Shown piece after piece: positions 42,113 through 50,485 of a stretch of 64,000 bases of DNA. The first letter of the stretch is position 1. The number at the start of each line of letters is the position of its first letter. Source of the stretch: Candidatus Omnitrophota bacterium (lineage in GTDB: Bacteria > Omnitrophota > Gorgyraeia > Tantalellales > Tantalellaceae); assembly GCA_049643885.1 (NCBI GenBank), contig JBARQV010000010.1, forward strand, positions 758 through 64,757, given 5' to 3'. The notes under the pieces were generated by a model. It did no database searches. It had not been told where the DNA came from and saw only the letters and a list, made by a program, of their open reading frames with translations. The position numbers were made by a program, and so were the translations under genes.

Positions 42113-43534
42113 TTATTTTTTTATTTGCCCCATGAGTTTATGTATCAGGGAACGTACATTTTCTTCTCCGGCGACTTCTCTGCCGATCTTTTCACAAGCA
42201 TGAAGAACAGTGGTGTGGTCCCTGCCGCCGAAAAACCCCCCGATATCGGGCAAAGAATTCCCCGTAAGCTCCCGGGACAGGTACATAGCCATCTGTCTGG
42301 GATAAGCGACGGCGCGAGTCCTTTTTTTCGCTTTCATGTCCGACACTTTCATGCCGAAATACTCGGCGACGACCCGTTGGATATGATCTATACTGACCTT
42401 TTTGTCTTCCTCTTCTTTTATCATACCTTTTAATACTTCCTTTGCAAGATCGACGGAAAGATCTTTCCCGGTAAGCTTCGCGTAGGCCACGACCCGGATA
42501 AGGGCTCCTTCCATTTCGCGTATGTTGGTCTTTACCTTGTCCGCAAGGAAGAACAACACTTCTTGTGGGACGTGAACAGATTCGTTCTCTGACTTTTTGC
42601 CCAGAATGGCGATCCTGGTCTCGAAGTCAGGCGATTGGATATCAGCGATCAATCCCCAGGCAAAACGCGAGACAAGGCGCTCTTCGAGAGAGGGTATGCC
42701 CTGCGGAGACCTGTCGCCGGACATCACGATCTGCTTATGGGAGTCATGGAGCCTGTTAAATGTGTGGAAGAATTCCTCTTGGGTGGCTTCCTTGCCGGCG
42801 ATAAACTGTATGTCGTCCACAAGAAGGATATCGACGCTCCTATACATTTCCCGGAATTTAGCCGTGGTCCTGGTTCGTATGGCGTTTATCAGCTGATTGG
42901 TGAATTCTTCACTGGAGATATAAAGGACGCGAGCCCTGGGGTGGCGCTTTATTATGTCATGCCCCATGGCCTGCATAAGGTGGGTCTTGCCCAGGCCCAC
43001 ACCGCCGTAAAGGAATAGCGGGTTGTAGACGCGCGAGAGCTTTTCACAGATCGCCAGTGAAGCGGCGTGAGCGAAACGGTTGCTCGGCCCCACCACAAAA
43101 TTTTCGAACGTATACCTGGGATTAAGCCCTATCTCCTGGTATTTACTCTCAGGGAGCTGTCTCCCGCCCCCGAGGACAGACTGTATCCAGCCGAGAGGTT
43201 TTTCTTTGTTTTCAGCCGGGTGGGGGGCTTCTTTAGGCTCTTTCACCTTAACATGGCCGGGGATATCCGTGCTTTCCGCGCTCTTTTCCGGCGCGCTTTC
43301 GACGATCTCGAATCTGATCTCCATGCTTTTCCCGGCGATCTGCTGGACAGCGGCTTTTATCAGGCTGAAGTATTTTTCTTTTATCCAGTTTTCGAAAAAC
43401 TTGTTGGGGACACCCAGGGAAATGGCGCCATCTTCAACGGTTAGCTGTCTGATGGGCACAAACCAGGCAGTGAAGACCTGGTCATTGACTTCAGATTCGA
43501 GATTGGTCAGGGCTTTCCCCCATATATTTTCCAT
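42113..43534 (-). CDS. dnaA: Chromosomal replication initiator protein DnaA
   Basis: 473 aa with AAA+ Walker A GGVGLGKTHL, Walker B LLVDDIQF and C-terminal DNA-binding helix-turn-helix. Confidence 0.95.
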   Translation of the reverse strand: MENIWGKALTNLESEVNDQVFTAWFVPIRQLTVEDGAISLGVPNKFFENWIKEKYFSLIKAAVQQIAGKSMEIRFEIVESAPEKSAESTDIPGHVKVKEPKEAPHPAENKEKPLGWIQSVLGGGRQLPESKYQEIGLNPRYTFENFVVGPSNRFAHAASLAICEKLSRVYNPLFLYGGVGLGKTHLMQAMGHDIIKRHPRARVLYISSEEFTNQLINAIRTRTTAKFREMYRSVDILLVDDIQFIAGKEATQEEFFHTFNRLHDSHKQIVMSGDRSPQGIPSLEERLVSRFAWGLIADIQSPDFETRIAILGKKSENESVHVPQEVLFFLADKVKTNIREMEGALIRVVAYAKLTGKDLSVDLAKEVLKGMIKEEEDKKVSIDHIQRVVAEYFGMKVSDMKAKKRTRAVAYPRQMAMYLSRELTGNSLPDIGGFFGGRDHTTVLHACEKIGREVAGEENVRSLIHKLMGQIKK

Positions 43535-43616
43535 GATTTAACCCCAGTTAAAGTTGTTCAATTATATTAACAGATTTTGAAGAGTTTTCAAGAAGAAAAA
43601 ACAAGTTATTAACAAA

Positions 43617-43625
43617 TTATCCACA
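43617..43625. promoter_or_regulatory. DnaA box (TTATCCACA) upstream of dnaA
   Basis: Perfect consensus 9-mer in the dnaA-rpmH divergent intergenic region, probably for dnaA autoregulation or the second oriC arm. Confidence 0.5.
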
Positions 43626-43820
43626 GGAAAGAGAGGCTTGTTTCCTCGCCATTTTCAAACGCGGAAATAATTATATCTGTTCGAGCACCCCAATGCAAGC
43701 ATTTTTTGAATTAGAACGTGACGCATGTTCCATAAGCCACGGCGCGGACCCACTCGGCAAACTTAGCAGCGCTAGCGCTCGCCGAGCTCGGGAGTCATCG
43801 GGATTCGAGCCAACTAGTTC

Positions 43821-43848
43821 TTGACTTAGTAATAAGGTATGTTATAAT
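43821..43848 (+). promoter_or_regulatory. Sigma70-type promoter for rpmH-rnpA-yidD-yidC
   Basis: TTGACT (43821-43826), 16-nt spacer, TATAAT (43843-43848), about 40 nt upstream of the rpmH RBS. Confidence 0.5.
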
Positions 43849-43890
43849 CTTTAAGCTTGTCAGGGCATTTTTAGGGAAAAGGAGTCTTTA

Positions 43891-44028
43891 GTGAAAAAAA
43901 CATTAAGGCCAAAATCCAATTTAAAGAGGAAGAGAAAACACGGATTCCGCAAGAGGAGCAGCTCTCGAACGGGAAAAGCGGTGCTAAGTAGAAGGCGTAA
44001 AAGAGGAAGAAAAAGGCTGTCCGCGTGA
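43891..44028 (+). CDS. rpmH: 50S ribosomal protein L34
   Basis: Not in ORF track (45 aa). GTG start with [52 protein letters not shown] has the L34 signature, and the TGA stop overlaps the rnpA start. Confidence 0.85.
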   Translation: MKKTLRPKSNLKRKRKHGFRKRSSSRTGKAVLSRRRKRGRKRLSA

Positions 44029-44375
44029 TAGTTGACCGCATACGAAAGACAAAAGATTTTCAGGACGTCTTTAGAAACGGAAGAAAAATTCAAGGGAAGA
44101 TATTCTCTCTTTATGTGGTGCGCGATGCGGAGGGGAGCCCTACGACAGCCGGGATAACGGTAGCCAAGAAGCATGTCGCCAAAGCCGTGAAAAGGAACTA
44201 TATAAGGCGTGTGGTGAATGCATCCTTCCGGGAAAACGCGCCAGCGCTACGCAGCGGATGTAAGGTGGTAGTGAAGATGACGCGGGGCGTCGACGACATC
44301 GGGAAAAGGCGTTTGTCGCGAGAGCTGCGAAAAGACCTTGACGGCTTGTTCGCAAAGGCCGGGATTGTAAGATGA
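44025..44375 (+). CDS. rnpA: Ribonuclease P protein component
   Basis: 116-aa basic protein downstream of rpm[17 protein letters not shown]...[14 protein letters not shown] resembles the RnpA RNR-like motif. Confidence 0.85.
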   Translation: MIVDRIRKTKDFQDVFRNGRKIQGKIFSLYVVRDAEGSPTTAGITVAKKHVAKAVKRNYIRRVVNASFRENAPALRSGCKVVVKMTRGVDDIGKRRLSRELRKDLDGLFAKAGIVR

Positions 44376-44605
44376 AAAAGACCCTTCTCTTATTGCTAAA
44401 AGGATACAAAAAATTTATAAGCCCTTACCTTGTAAGGAGTTGCAGGTTTCATCCTACCTGCTCAGAATACGCGATAGAAGCCGTAGAACGGTTTGGGGTA
44501 ATGAAGGGCACCGCCCTGGCGTTGTGGAGATTGCTTAGATGTAACCCGTTGTCCAGGGGCGGGTACGATCCGGCAGTCCGGCAACAAAACAAAGGAATGA
44601 TATAA
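44372..44605 (+). CDS. yidD: Membrane protein insertion efficiency factor YidD
   Basis: 77 aa with YKKFISPYLVRSCRFHPTCSEYAIEAVERFG, the conserved YidD motif. Confidence 0.9.
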   Translation: MKKTLLLLLKGYKKFISPYLVRSCRFHPTCSEYAIEAVERFGVMKGTALALWRLLRCNPLSRGGYDPAVRQQNKGMI

Positions 44606-44607
44606 TC

Positions 44608-46212
44608 GTGGAAAAGAGACTCATATTCGCCGTAGTTCTATCTATTTTGATCCTTCTTGTTTTTCAAAGGATCCATAAGCCCGCGCCAACCGTGCCTGCT
44701 CAGCCCATGGGTCAAATTTCACCGGAGATGCAGGTAACAAGGCAAGAGCCCGCGCAAAAGCCTGTACAAGAGACCGCCCTTACCCAGAAGAAAACACCAA
44801 TAGAGGAAAAAGAGACGATTGTTCAGACCGAAAAGCAGACGATACTTTTTACCGATATCGGCGGAGGCATCAAGCAGATCAACTTGAACGAATACAAAAA
44901 GGATGAAGAAGAATTCCCCCTGTTAATGGCGCAACCCGGGGAAGGAATGTTTGCGATAAAAAGCCCGCTGATCCCAGGCCTGGAAAAACGCAAATATGAG
45001 ACAATACAGGGAGATGATTATCTTGAATTCCGTTTTGTTGAGAAAGGGCTGATAGAGATAACCAAACGGTTTAATTACCATAACACAAAGTCCTATATGG
45101 ACTTATCGATAAAAATAAAAAATCTGTCACCGAAAAATATCAGCTTTTCTTATGAAGTCAGAGGGCCGTTAGGGCTTGTAAGGGCTGATAAGCTAATGGG
45201 CAGGAGCTTTCTGGAATCGGCCACTATGATAGATGGAAAAGTAATGAGAAAAAAAGCTATCAAAGGGACACAGGAAAATGCGGGGAGTATTTCATGGACA
45301 GCGTTGAAGAATAGATATTTTGCAGTGATTCTTAAACCCTTCACCGCACCAAGGTCGGTGGTTCTGTCTGGAACGCCCGACAAAGGAATCGAAGCAGACT
45401 TCAAAAGCCAAAATTACTTGATACGCCCAGGCGAGACCATCGAAGATGATTATTTGCTTTACGCGGGCGTACAAGACATAAACAAGCTTAAAGTCCTGGG
45501 GCATGATTTGGAAGCAATCGTTAATTACGGGGTATTCGGGGGTGTGAGTAAAACGCTTTTATCGGTCTTGAGGTTTTTTCACAAAGGAACAAAAAGCTGG
45601 GGACTGGCCATTATCTTGCTTACCCTGTTGGTCAATGTCATCCTGTTTCCCCTCACAAGAAAAAGCGTCACCTCGATGCACCAGATGAAGAAAATTCAAC
45701 CACATATGCAGAAATTAAAAGATCTCCATAAGGACAACCCGCAAAAGCTAAATAAAGAGATGATGGAGTTATACAAACAATACAACGTAAACCCTCTTAG
45801 CGGGTGTCTTCCTTTATTGCTGCAAATGCCTGTATTTATTGCTCTTTATCAAGGTCTTATCTGCTCGGTCGAGCTGAAGGGCGCATCATTTTTATGGATA
45901 AAAGATCTTGCCAGGCCGGATGCGGTCAGCCTCCCCTTTTCTTTACCTGTGATAGGAGCATCAGTGAATATTTTGCCACTTCTTATGGTGGCAATGATGG
46001 CGATTCAGCAAAAAATTTCCCAAGGGGCCACCGCTGCGGCCATGACCGGCGACCAGGCCAGCCAGCAGAAAATGATGATGGTAATCTTCCCGGTGATGTT
46101 TGGATTTTTGTTTTACAATATGCCGGCGGGCTTGGTGCTTTACTGGGTGACCAATACTATCTTGATGACAGCCGAGCAAAAGATCATGGGCAACATGCTG
46201 GACAAGGACTAA
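44608..46212 (+). CDS. yidC: Membrane protein insertase YidC
   Basis: 534 aa with N-terminal TM, periplasmic domain and conserved C-terminal five-TM core (GCLPLLLQMPVFIALY...). Confidence 0.92.
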   Translation: MEKRLIFAVVLSILILLVFQRIHKPAPTVPAQPMGQISPEMQVTRQEPAQKPVQETALTQKKTPIEEKETIVQTEKQTILFTDIGGGIKQINLNEYKKDEEEFPLLMAQPGEGMFAIKSPLIPGLEKRKYETIQGDDYLEFRFVEKGLIEITKRFNYHNTKSYMDLSIKIKNLSPKNISFSYEVRGPLGLVRADKLMGRSFLESATMIDGKVMRKKAIKGTQENAGSISWTALKNRYFAVILKPFTAPRSVVLSGTPDKGIEADFKSQNYLIRPGETIEDDYLLYAGVQDINKLKVLGHDLEAIVNYGVFGGVSKTLLSVLRFFHKGTKSWGLAIILLTLLVNVILFPLTRKSVTSMHQMKKIQPHMQKLKDLHKDNPQKLNKEMMELYKQYNVNPLSGCLPLLLQMPVFIALYQGLICSVELKGASFLWIKDLARPDAVSLPFSLPVIGASVNILPLLMVAMMAIQQKISQGATAAAMTGDQASQQKMMMVIFPVMFGFLFYNMPAGLVLYWVTNTILMTAEQKIMGNMLDKD

Positions 46213-46221
46213 ATTGGAATA

Positions 46222-46416
46222 ATGAACGATAAGCTCACCACCATAGAGGTCGAAGACATAACGATCGAAGATGCCATTCGGAAGGCCCTAAAGATCCTTA
46301 ACGCACAGAAAAATGATGTCGCCATTGAGGTGCTAAAGGAAGAACACAAAGGGCTTTTTGGAATGAAAGGCGCAGACAACGCGAAGATCCGAGCAACACT
46401 CAAGCGCCCCCACTAA
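46222..46416 (+). CDS. jag: Jag/KhpB N-terminal-domain protein, apparently truncated (64 aa; KH and R3H domains absent)
   Basis: Jag_N-like sequence (EDAIRKALKILNAQKNDVAIEVLKEEHKGLFGMKG) in the expected position after yidC. The ORF stops 12 nt before the repeat array that occupies the place of the rest of the gene. Confidence 0.55.
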   Translation: MNDKLTTIEVEDITIEDAIRKALKILNAQKNDVAIEVLKEEHKGLFGMKGADNAKIRATLKRPH

Positions 46417-46428
46417 TCCTTACGTTGA

Positions 46429-46444
46429 GTTTCCACGTGGAAAC
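46429..46444. promoter_or_regulatory. parS-like 16-bp perfect palindrome GTTTCCACGTGGAAAC (copy 1)
   Basis: Perfect inverted repeat. Differs from canonical parS (TGTTTCACGTGAAACA) by a symmetric extra C/G in each half-site. Lies 12 nt after the jag stop. Confidence 0.45.
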
Positions 46445-46578
46445 CGACACCACTATGAAGTTCTCCTGCAGCGGTTCCGCGGTGCAACTTGTTTACGATG
46501 TGCAGCGAAACCGACACTACTATGAAGTTCTCCTACAGCGGGTCCGCGGCGAAACTAGTTTACGTTTCGTAGCGAAAT
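46445..46578. repeat. Tandem direct repeat, 2 x 67 bp
   Basis: Units 46445-46511 and 46512-46578 are about 85% identical (cgacaccactatgaagttctcctgcagcggttccgcggtgcaac...). Unit length is not a multiple of 3. Confidence 0.8.
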
Positions 46579-46587
46579 ATTTCCAGA

Positions 46588-46847
46588 GAATCAGAAGAAC
46601 AGAATATCAGGGGGCAGAAAATCAGGACACCAGGGCATCGGGGTCGATTGTCTCTGGTACCCAGATTCCCAGATCTCCTGCCTCCCGATATCCCGATACA
46701 CTGATACCCGTGCCTGGGAATCAGAAGAACAGAATCTCAGGAAACAGAGGAGCAGCATACCAGCGCATCAGACTCGATGCCCCCGGGTACCCAGCTTTTC
46801 CGGTAGCCTGCCACCTGATTTCCCGGTACCCTGATATTCTTTTTTCT
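46588..46847. repeat. Tandem ~130-bp repeats C1 and C2 (purine-rich half followed by pyrimidine-rich half)
   Basis: Both units start with gaatcagaagaacagaat(a/c)tcagg. Each has ATCAGG-type motifs in the first half and CCCGAT/CCTGAT-type motifs in the second half, so each unit is an imperfect long inverted repeat. Confidence 0.75.
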
Positions 46848-46854
46848 CAATTTC

Positions 46855-46882
46855 TTGACTTTTTCAAAAAATATGGTATAGT
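46855..46882 (+). promoter_or_regulatory. Sigma70-type promoter inside the repeat array, reading toward parA
   Basis: TTGACT (46855-46860), 16-nt spacer, TATAGT (46877-46882). The predicted TSS lies about 7 nt before the second parS-like palindrome. Confidence 0.5.
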
Positions 46883-46895
46883 TGCTCACAAATGG

Positions 46896-46911
46896 GTTTC
46901 CACGTGGAAAT
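46896..46911. promoter_or_regulatory. parS-like palindrome GTTTCCACGTGGAAAt (copy 2)
   Basis: 15/16 match to copy 1, positioned as an operator at or just downstream of the predicted TSS of the promoter at 46855-46882. Confidence 0.45.
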
Positions 46912-46918
46912 GTTTTGG

Positions 46919-47040
46919 GAATCAGAACAGCAGGACATCAGGAGGCAGAGAATCAGGATATTAGGATTTCAGGCGCGATAATCCCCGATGCCCCGTTTTC
47001 CCGATACCCTGGCCCCTAATATCCCAATACCCTGATAACC
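46919..47040. repeat. Third ~125-bp repeat unit (C3), degenerate copy of C1/C2
   Basis: Begins gaatcagaacagcaggacatcagg and has the same purine-half/pyrimidine-half organisation. Ends about 37 nt before the parA start. Confidence 0.65.
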
Positions 47041-47077
47041 ATCCGCGTATTAGCAAATTTAACCACATTATCGACTT

Positions 47078-47920
47078 ATGAAAAAAATAGCGATCTGTAA
47101 CCAAAAAGGCGGCGTTGCAAAAACCACGACGGCCATTAATCTTGCCGCATACATTGCCTTAAAAGGCAAACGTACCCTGTTGGTTGATGCGGACCCCCAG
47201 GCAAATGCCACCAGCGGCCTTGGCATCAATAAAAACGAAATCAAATACAGTATATATGATGTACTGCATGAGCAAATCAGCCTGGACCAGGCGATAAAAG
47301 AAACAGCGATCGAAAATCTTTTTCTGGTTCCGTCTAACATAAATCTCACCGGCGCCGAAGTAGAACTGGTAAACGTTATGGGCCGTGAATACCGCTTGAA
47401 AAAAGCCGTGAGCGAGTTGAAGAAAGAATTTGATTTCATGCTCATAGACTGTCCGCCGTCACTGGGGCTGTTGACTATAAACGGCCTTACAGCAGTAAAT
47501 TCGGTCATCATACCGATACAATGTGAATATTATGCACTGGAAGGATTGGGGCAGTTGATGAACACGCTGAATCTTGTCAGAGAAAATTTAAATAATAACC
47601 TCGAAGTTGAAGGCGTGCTCATGACAATGGCTGATTACCGGACGAATTTGACCAAAGAAGTGATCAACGAAGTGAAAAATCACTTTGGCAACAAGGTGTA
47701 TAAGTCCATCATCCCAAGGGCAATTAAGCTAACAGAAGCCCCGGGGTTTGGAAAGCCAATAGCACTTTATGACAAGAACTCACCAGGAGCCGTTAAATAC
47801 GATGCATTAGCGCACGAAGTGTTGAAGATACCTTTTGTTTCTAAAAATATTTCACAAGTATCGGAAAATGATGAAGTTATAAATTATACGGAGGGGGATT
47901 ATGGAAAAGAGACTGGGTAA
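47078..47920 (+). CDS. parA: Chromosome partitioning ATPase ParA/Soj
   Basis: Deviant Walker A KGGVAKTTTAINLAA, ParA family, with a 280-aa C-terminal extension. Confidence 0.92.
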   Translation: MKKIAICNQKGGVAKTTTAINLAAYIALKGKRTLLVDADPQANATSGLGINKNEIKYSIYDVLHEQISLDQAIKETAIENLFLVPSNINLTGAEVELVNVMGREYRLKKAVSELKKEFDFMLIDCPPSLGLLTINGLTAVNSVIIPIQCEYYALEGLGQLMNTLNLVRENLNNNLEVEGVLMTMADYRTNLTKEVINEVKNHFGNKVYKSIIPRAIKLTEAPGFGKPIALYDKNSPGAVKYDALAHEVLKIPFVSKNISQVSENDEVINYTEGDYGKETG

Positions 47921-48728
47921 GGGGTTAGATGCGCTTATACCTGGCGACATGAGTAAGTCCAAGGAAAAGGTAGCATATTTGAAGCTGGCAGAGATCATCC
48001 CGAACCAGTTTCAGCCTCGCAAAAGTTTTTCAAAGAATAAGATGGAAGAGCTTTTGAATTCTGTTCGGGAAAAAGGAGTGATCCAGCCGGTCTTGGTCCG
48101 GCCGGCGGAAGAAGGGTATGAACTTATTGCGGGAGAGCGCAGATGGAGAGCAGCTCAGGAGCTGAACCTGGACGAAATACCGGCGATAATTAAAAGTGAT
48201 GTAAGCGACGTGAACAGCCTGGAGATCTCGCTCATTGAAAATATACAGCGGGATGATCTGAATCCGATCGATGAGGCGAACGCGTATAAAGAACTGACGG
48301 ATAAGTTTATGTATACGCTTGAAAAGATCGGACAGATGGTAGGGAAAGACAAGACGACTATCTCGAACAGCTTGAGAATCCTGTCTCTTTCTCGGGAAAT
48401 ACAGGGGCTTTTGGAATCTGGGCAGATATCGGTCGGGCACGCGAAAGCCCTTTTATCGTTCGCCAGTGAATACCGGCAGAAAAAGATCGCGGACAAGATC
48501 GTGAAAAAAGGCTTGTCTGTCCGGCAGGTCGAAATGCTGACAGGAGGCGCCGGCAAACAGAAAAAACAAAAGAAAAAAGATCCGGACGTGGTGAGGGTCG
48601 AAGAAGAGCTGCAACACAGGCTCGGGACCAAGGTCAATATCCTCCAGGGCAAAAAGAGGGGGAGGATCGAGATCCAGTATTTTTCCAATGAGGACCTGCA
48701 GAGGATATTGAATCTGTTGCTCCGCTGA
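47901..48728 (+). CDS. parB: Chromosome partitioning protein ParB/Spo0J
   Basis: RGLGKGLDALI-type N-terminus (KRLGKGLDALIPG), ParB box GERRWRAA, HTH and C-terminal dimerisation domain. Confidence 0.92.
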   Translation: MEKRLGKGLDALIPGDMSKSKEKVAYLKLAEIIPNQFQPRKSFSKNKMEELLNSVREKGVIQPVLVRPAEEGYELIAGERRWRAAQELNLDEIPAIIKSDVSDVNSLEISLIENIQRDDLNPIDEANAYKELTDKFMYTLEKIGQMVGKDKTTISNSLRILSLSREIQGLLESGQISVGHAKALLSFASEYRQKKIADKIVKKGLSVRQVEMLTGGAGKQKKQKKKDPDVVRVEEELQHRLGTKVNILQGKKRGRIEIQYFSNEDLQRILNLLLR

Positions 48729-48904
48729 GAGCCTAATTTTGCTTGACAAAACGCGCCGGAAATAGTATCATTGCTAAAGACTTATGACCTTTTAAACTGG
48801 TCCGGAGAGACCGGAAAAGGAGAAAAGATGAAAAGGGAACTATATAAGGAAGCCTGCTTGTCATATGACAGGGAGGTTTTTTTTATGTCCAGGGAAGGTA
48901 TAAG
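48729..48904 (+). promoter_or_regulatory. pyr operon promoter and PyrR-type transcription attenuation leader
   Basis: TTGACA (48743-48748), 17-nt spacer, TATCAT (48766-48771). Hairpin ctggTCCGGAGAGACCgg (48797-48814) resembles the PyrR-binding loop (UCCAGAGAGGCU consensus). A downstream hairpin around catatg followed by a T8 run sits just before the pyrR RBS. Confidence 0.5.
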
Positions 48905-49456
48905 ATGAATTTTAAAGTCAAATCAAGCATTCTTGACGGCGAAGGGATAAAAAGGACGCTTTTGAGGATCTCTCACGAGATACTGGAGAAGAACCGGGGG
49001 GCCAAAGACCTGGCCGTTGTAGGCATAAAGTACAGGGGGGCGTATCTGGCGGAAAGGATAGCGCGGAACCTGAAAGAAATAGAGGGCAAGGAAGTGCCGG
49101 TGGGAGCAATGGATATCACGCTGTACCGGGATGACCTCACCGAGATATCGGAGCAGCCCGTTGTCCACGCGACGGAGATAGACTTTGACATAACCGGCAA
49201 GAAGATCATTCTCGTCGATGATGTCCTTTTTACCGGGCGGACCGTAAGGTGCGCGCTGGATGAATTGATAGATTTCGGCCGGCCTGCCACTATCCAGCTG
49301 GCGGTTCTTATCGACAGAGGCCACAGGGAACTGCCCATAAGGCCGGATTACGTCGGCAAGAACGTTCCTACGTCAAGGGCCGAGTCCGTGGAAGTGAGAT
49401 TAAAGGAAGCCGACGGGGTCGAAGAGGTAGTTGTGCTTGAAGAAAAACAGGGATGA
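48905..49456 (+). CDS. pyrR: Bifunctional pyrimidine operon regulator / uracil phosphoribosyltransferase PyrR
   Basis: 183 aa with PRPP-binding motif [12 protein letters not shown] and the PyrR N-terminal region. Confidence 0.9.
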   Translation: MNFKVKSSILDGEGIKRTLLRISHEILEKNRGAKDLAVVGIKYRGAYLAERIARNLKEIEGKEVPVGAMDITLYRDDLTEISEQPVVHATEIDFDITGKKIILVDDVLFTGRTVRCALDELIDFGRPATIQLAVLIDRGHRELPIRPDYVGKNVPTSRAESVEVRLKEADGVEEVVVLEEKQG

Positions 49457-50402
49457 GACGGTGAAACAGAACAAAAAAAGGTGGACCAAAAAACACTTGT
49501 TGGGGATCGAAGACCTGGCCCCGGATGAAATAATATTGATCCTGGACCAGGCCGTCAATTTCAAAGAGGTCATAGCAAGGCCTATACCGAAAGTGCCGGC
49601 TTTAAGGGGCAAGACAATAGTCAACCTTTTCTGCGAACCCTCCACCCGCACAAGAGTTTCTTTTGAGCTTGCCGCGAAAAGGTTAAGCGCGGACACCCTT
49701 AACATAGCCGCTTCGTCCTCGAGTTTTCTAAAAGGAGAGACGCTGAAAGATACGGCCAGGAACATCGAGGCCATGAAAATAGATATGCTTATCATGCGCC
49801 ACTCGTGCGCGGGATCCCCCCATTTTCTGGCACGTCAGATAGACGCGTCGGTTATAAACGCGGGAGACGGAGCGCATGAACATCCTACCCAGGCGCTTCT
49901 TGATGCTTTCACCATGAGGGAAAAGCTCGGGAAGATAAAAGGGTTAAATGTAAGCATTATCGGGGATATAGCGCACTCGCGAGTGGCCCGGAGCAATATC
50001 TGGACGCTGACCAAACTTGGCGCGAAAGTGACAGTATGCGGGCCCAAGACCATGATGCCAGCGGAAGCCGAAAAACTGGGAGTCCGGGTGACATATGATG
50101 TCAGAGAAGCAGTAAAAGACGCGGACGTACTTAACGTTCTCAGAATACAACTTGAAAGGCAGAAAAGGCCGATCTTCCCCAGTATAAGGGAATATATAAC
50201 ATGTTTTGGAATCAATGGCAGTCTTTTGAAAAAATACGCCAAAAAGGATGTCCTGATCATGCACCCGGGACCTATAAATCGCGGCGTGGAGCTGACGCAG
50301 GATGTAGCAGACGGGAAGTACTCCGTGATCCTTGACCAGGTTACCAATGGTGTAGCCGTTAGAATGGCGGTGCTCTTTTTGATAAGCCACGTTAAGGCTT
50401 AA
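49431..50402 (+). CDS. pyrB: Aspartate carbamoyltransferase catalytic subunit
   Basis: STRTR carbamoyl-phosphate-binding motif ([18 protein letters not shown]) and HPGP motif. Start uncertain: ATG 49431 overlaps pyrR and an alternative GTG lies at 49461. Confidence 0.9.
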   Translation: MCLKKNRDETVKQNKKRWTKKHLLGIEDLAPDEIILILDQAVNFKEVIARPIPKVPALRGKTIVNLFCEPSTRTRVSFELAAKRLSADTLNIAASSSSFLKGETLKDTARNIEAMKIDMLIMRHSCAGSPHFLARQIDASVINAGDGAHEHPTQALLDAFTMREKLGKIKGLNVSIIGDIAHSRVARSNIWTLTKLGAKVTVCGPKTMMPAEAEKLGVRVTYDVREAVKDADVLNVLRIQLERQKRPIFPSIREYITCFGINGSLLKKYAKKDVLIMHPGPINRGVELTQDVADGKYSVILDQVTNGVAVRMAVLFLISHVKA

Positions 50403-50485
50403 GTGGAGTAAATGTCTTGATAAATGTAAATAATGAGGCTATGAACCCATATTATTATGATATACAAGCAAAAGTGGAGTAAAAT

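Noticed and set aside
46425-46964. 179-aa plus-strand ORF spanning the jag-parA repeat array
   Set aside because: It runs through 67-bp and ~130-bp tandem repeats whose lengths are not multiples of 3. The translation is low-complexity and frame-inconsistent between repeat units. There is no RBS, and it overlaps a promoter and the palindromes. Judged non-coding.
46417-47077. CRISPR array
   Set aside because: Repeat units are long (67 and ~130 bp), few, and not separated by unique spacers of regular length. No cas genes or leader are present.
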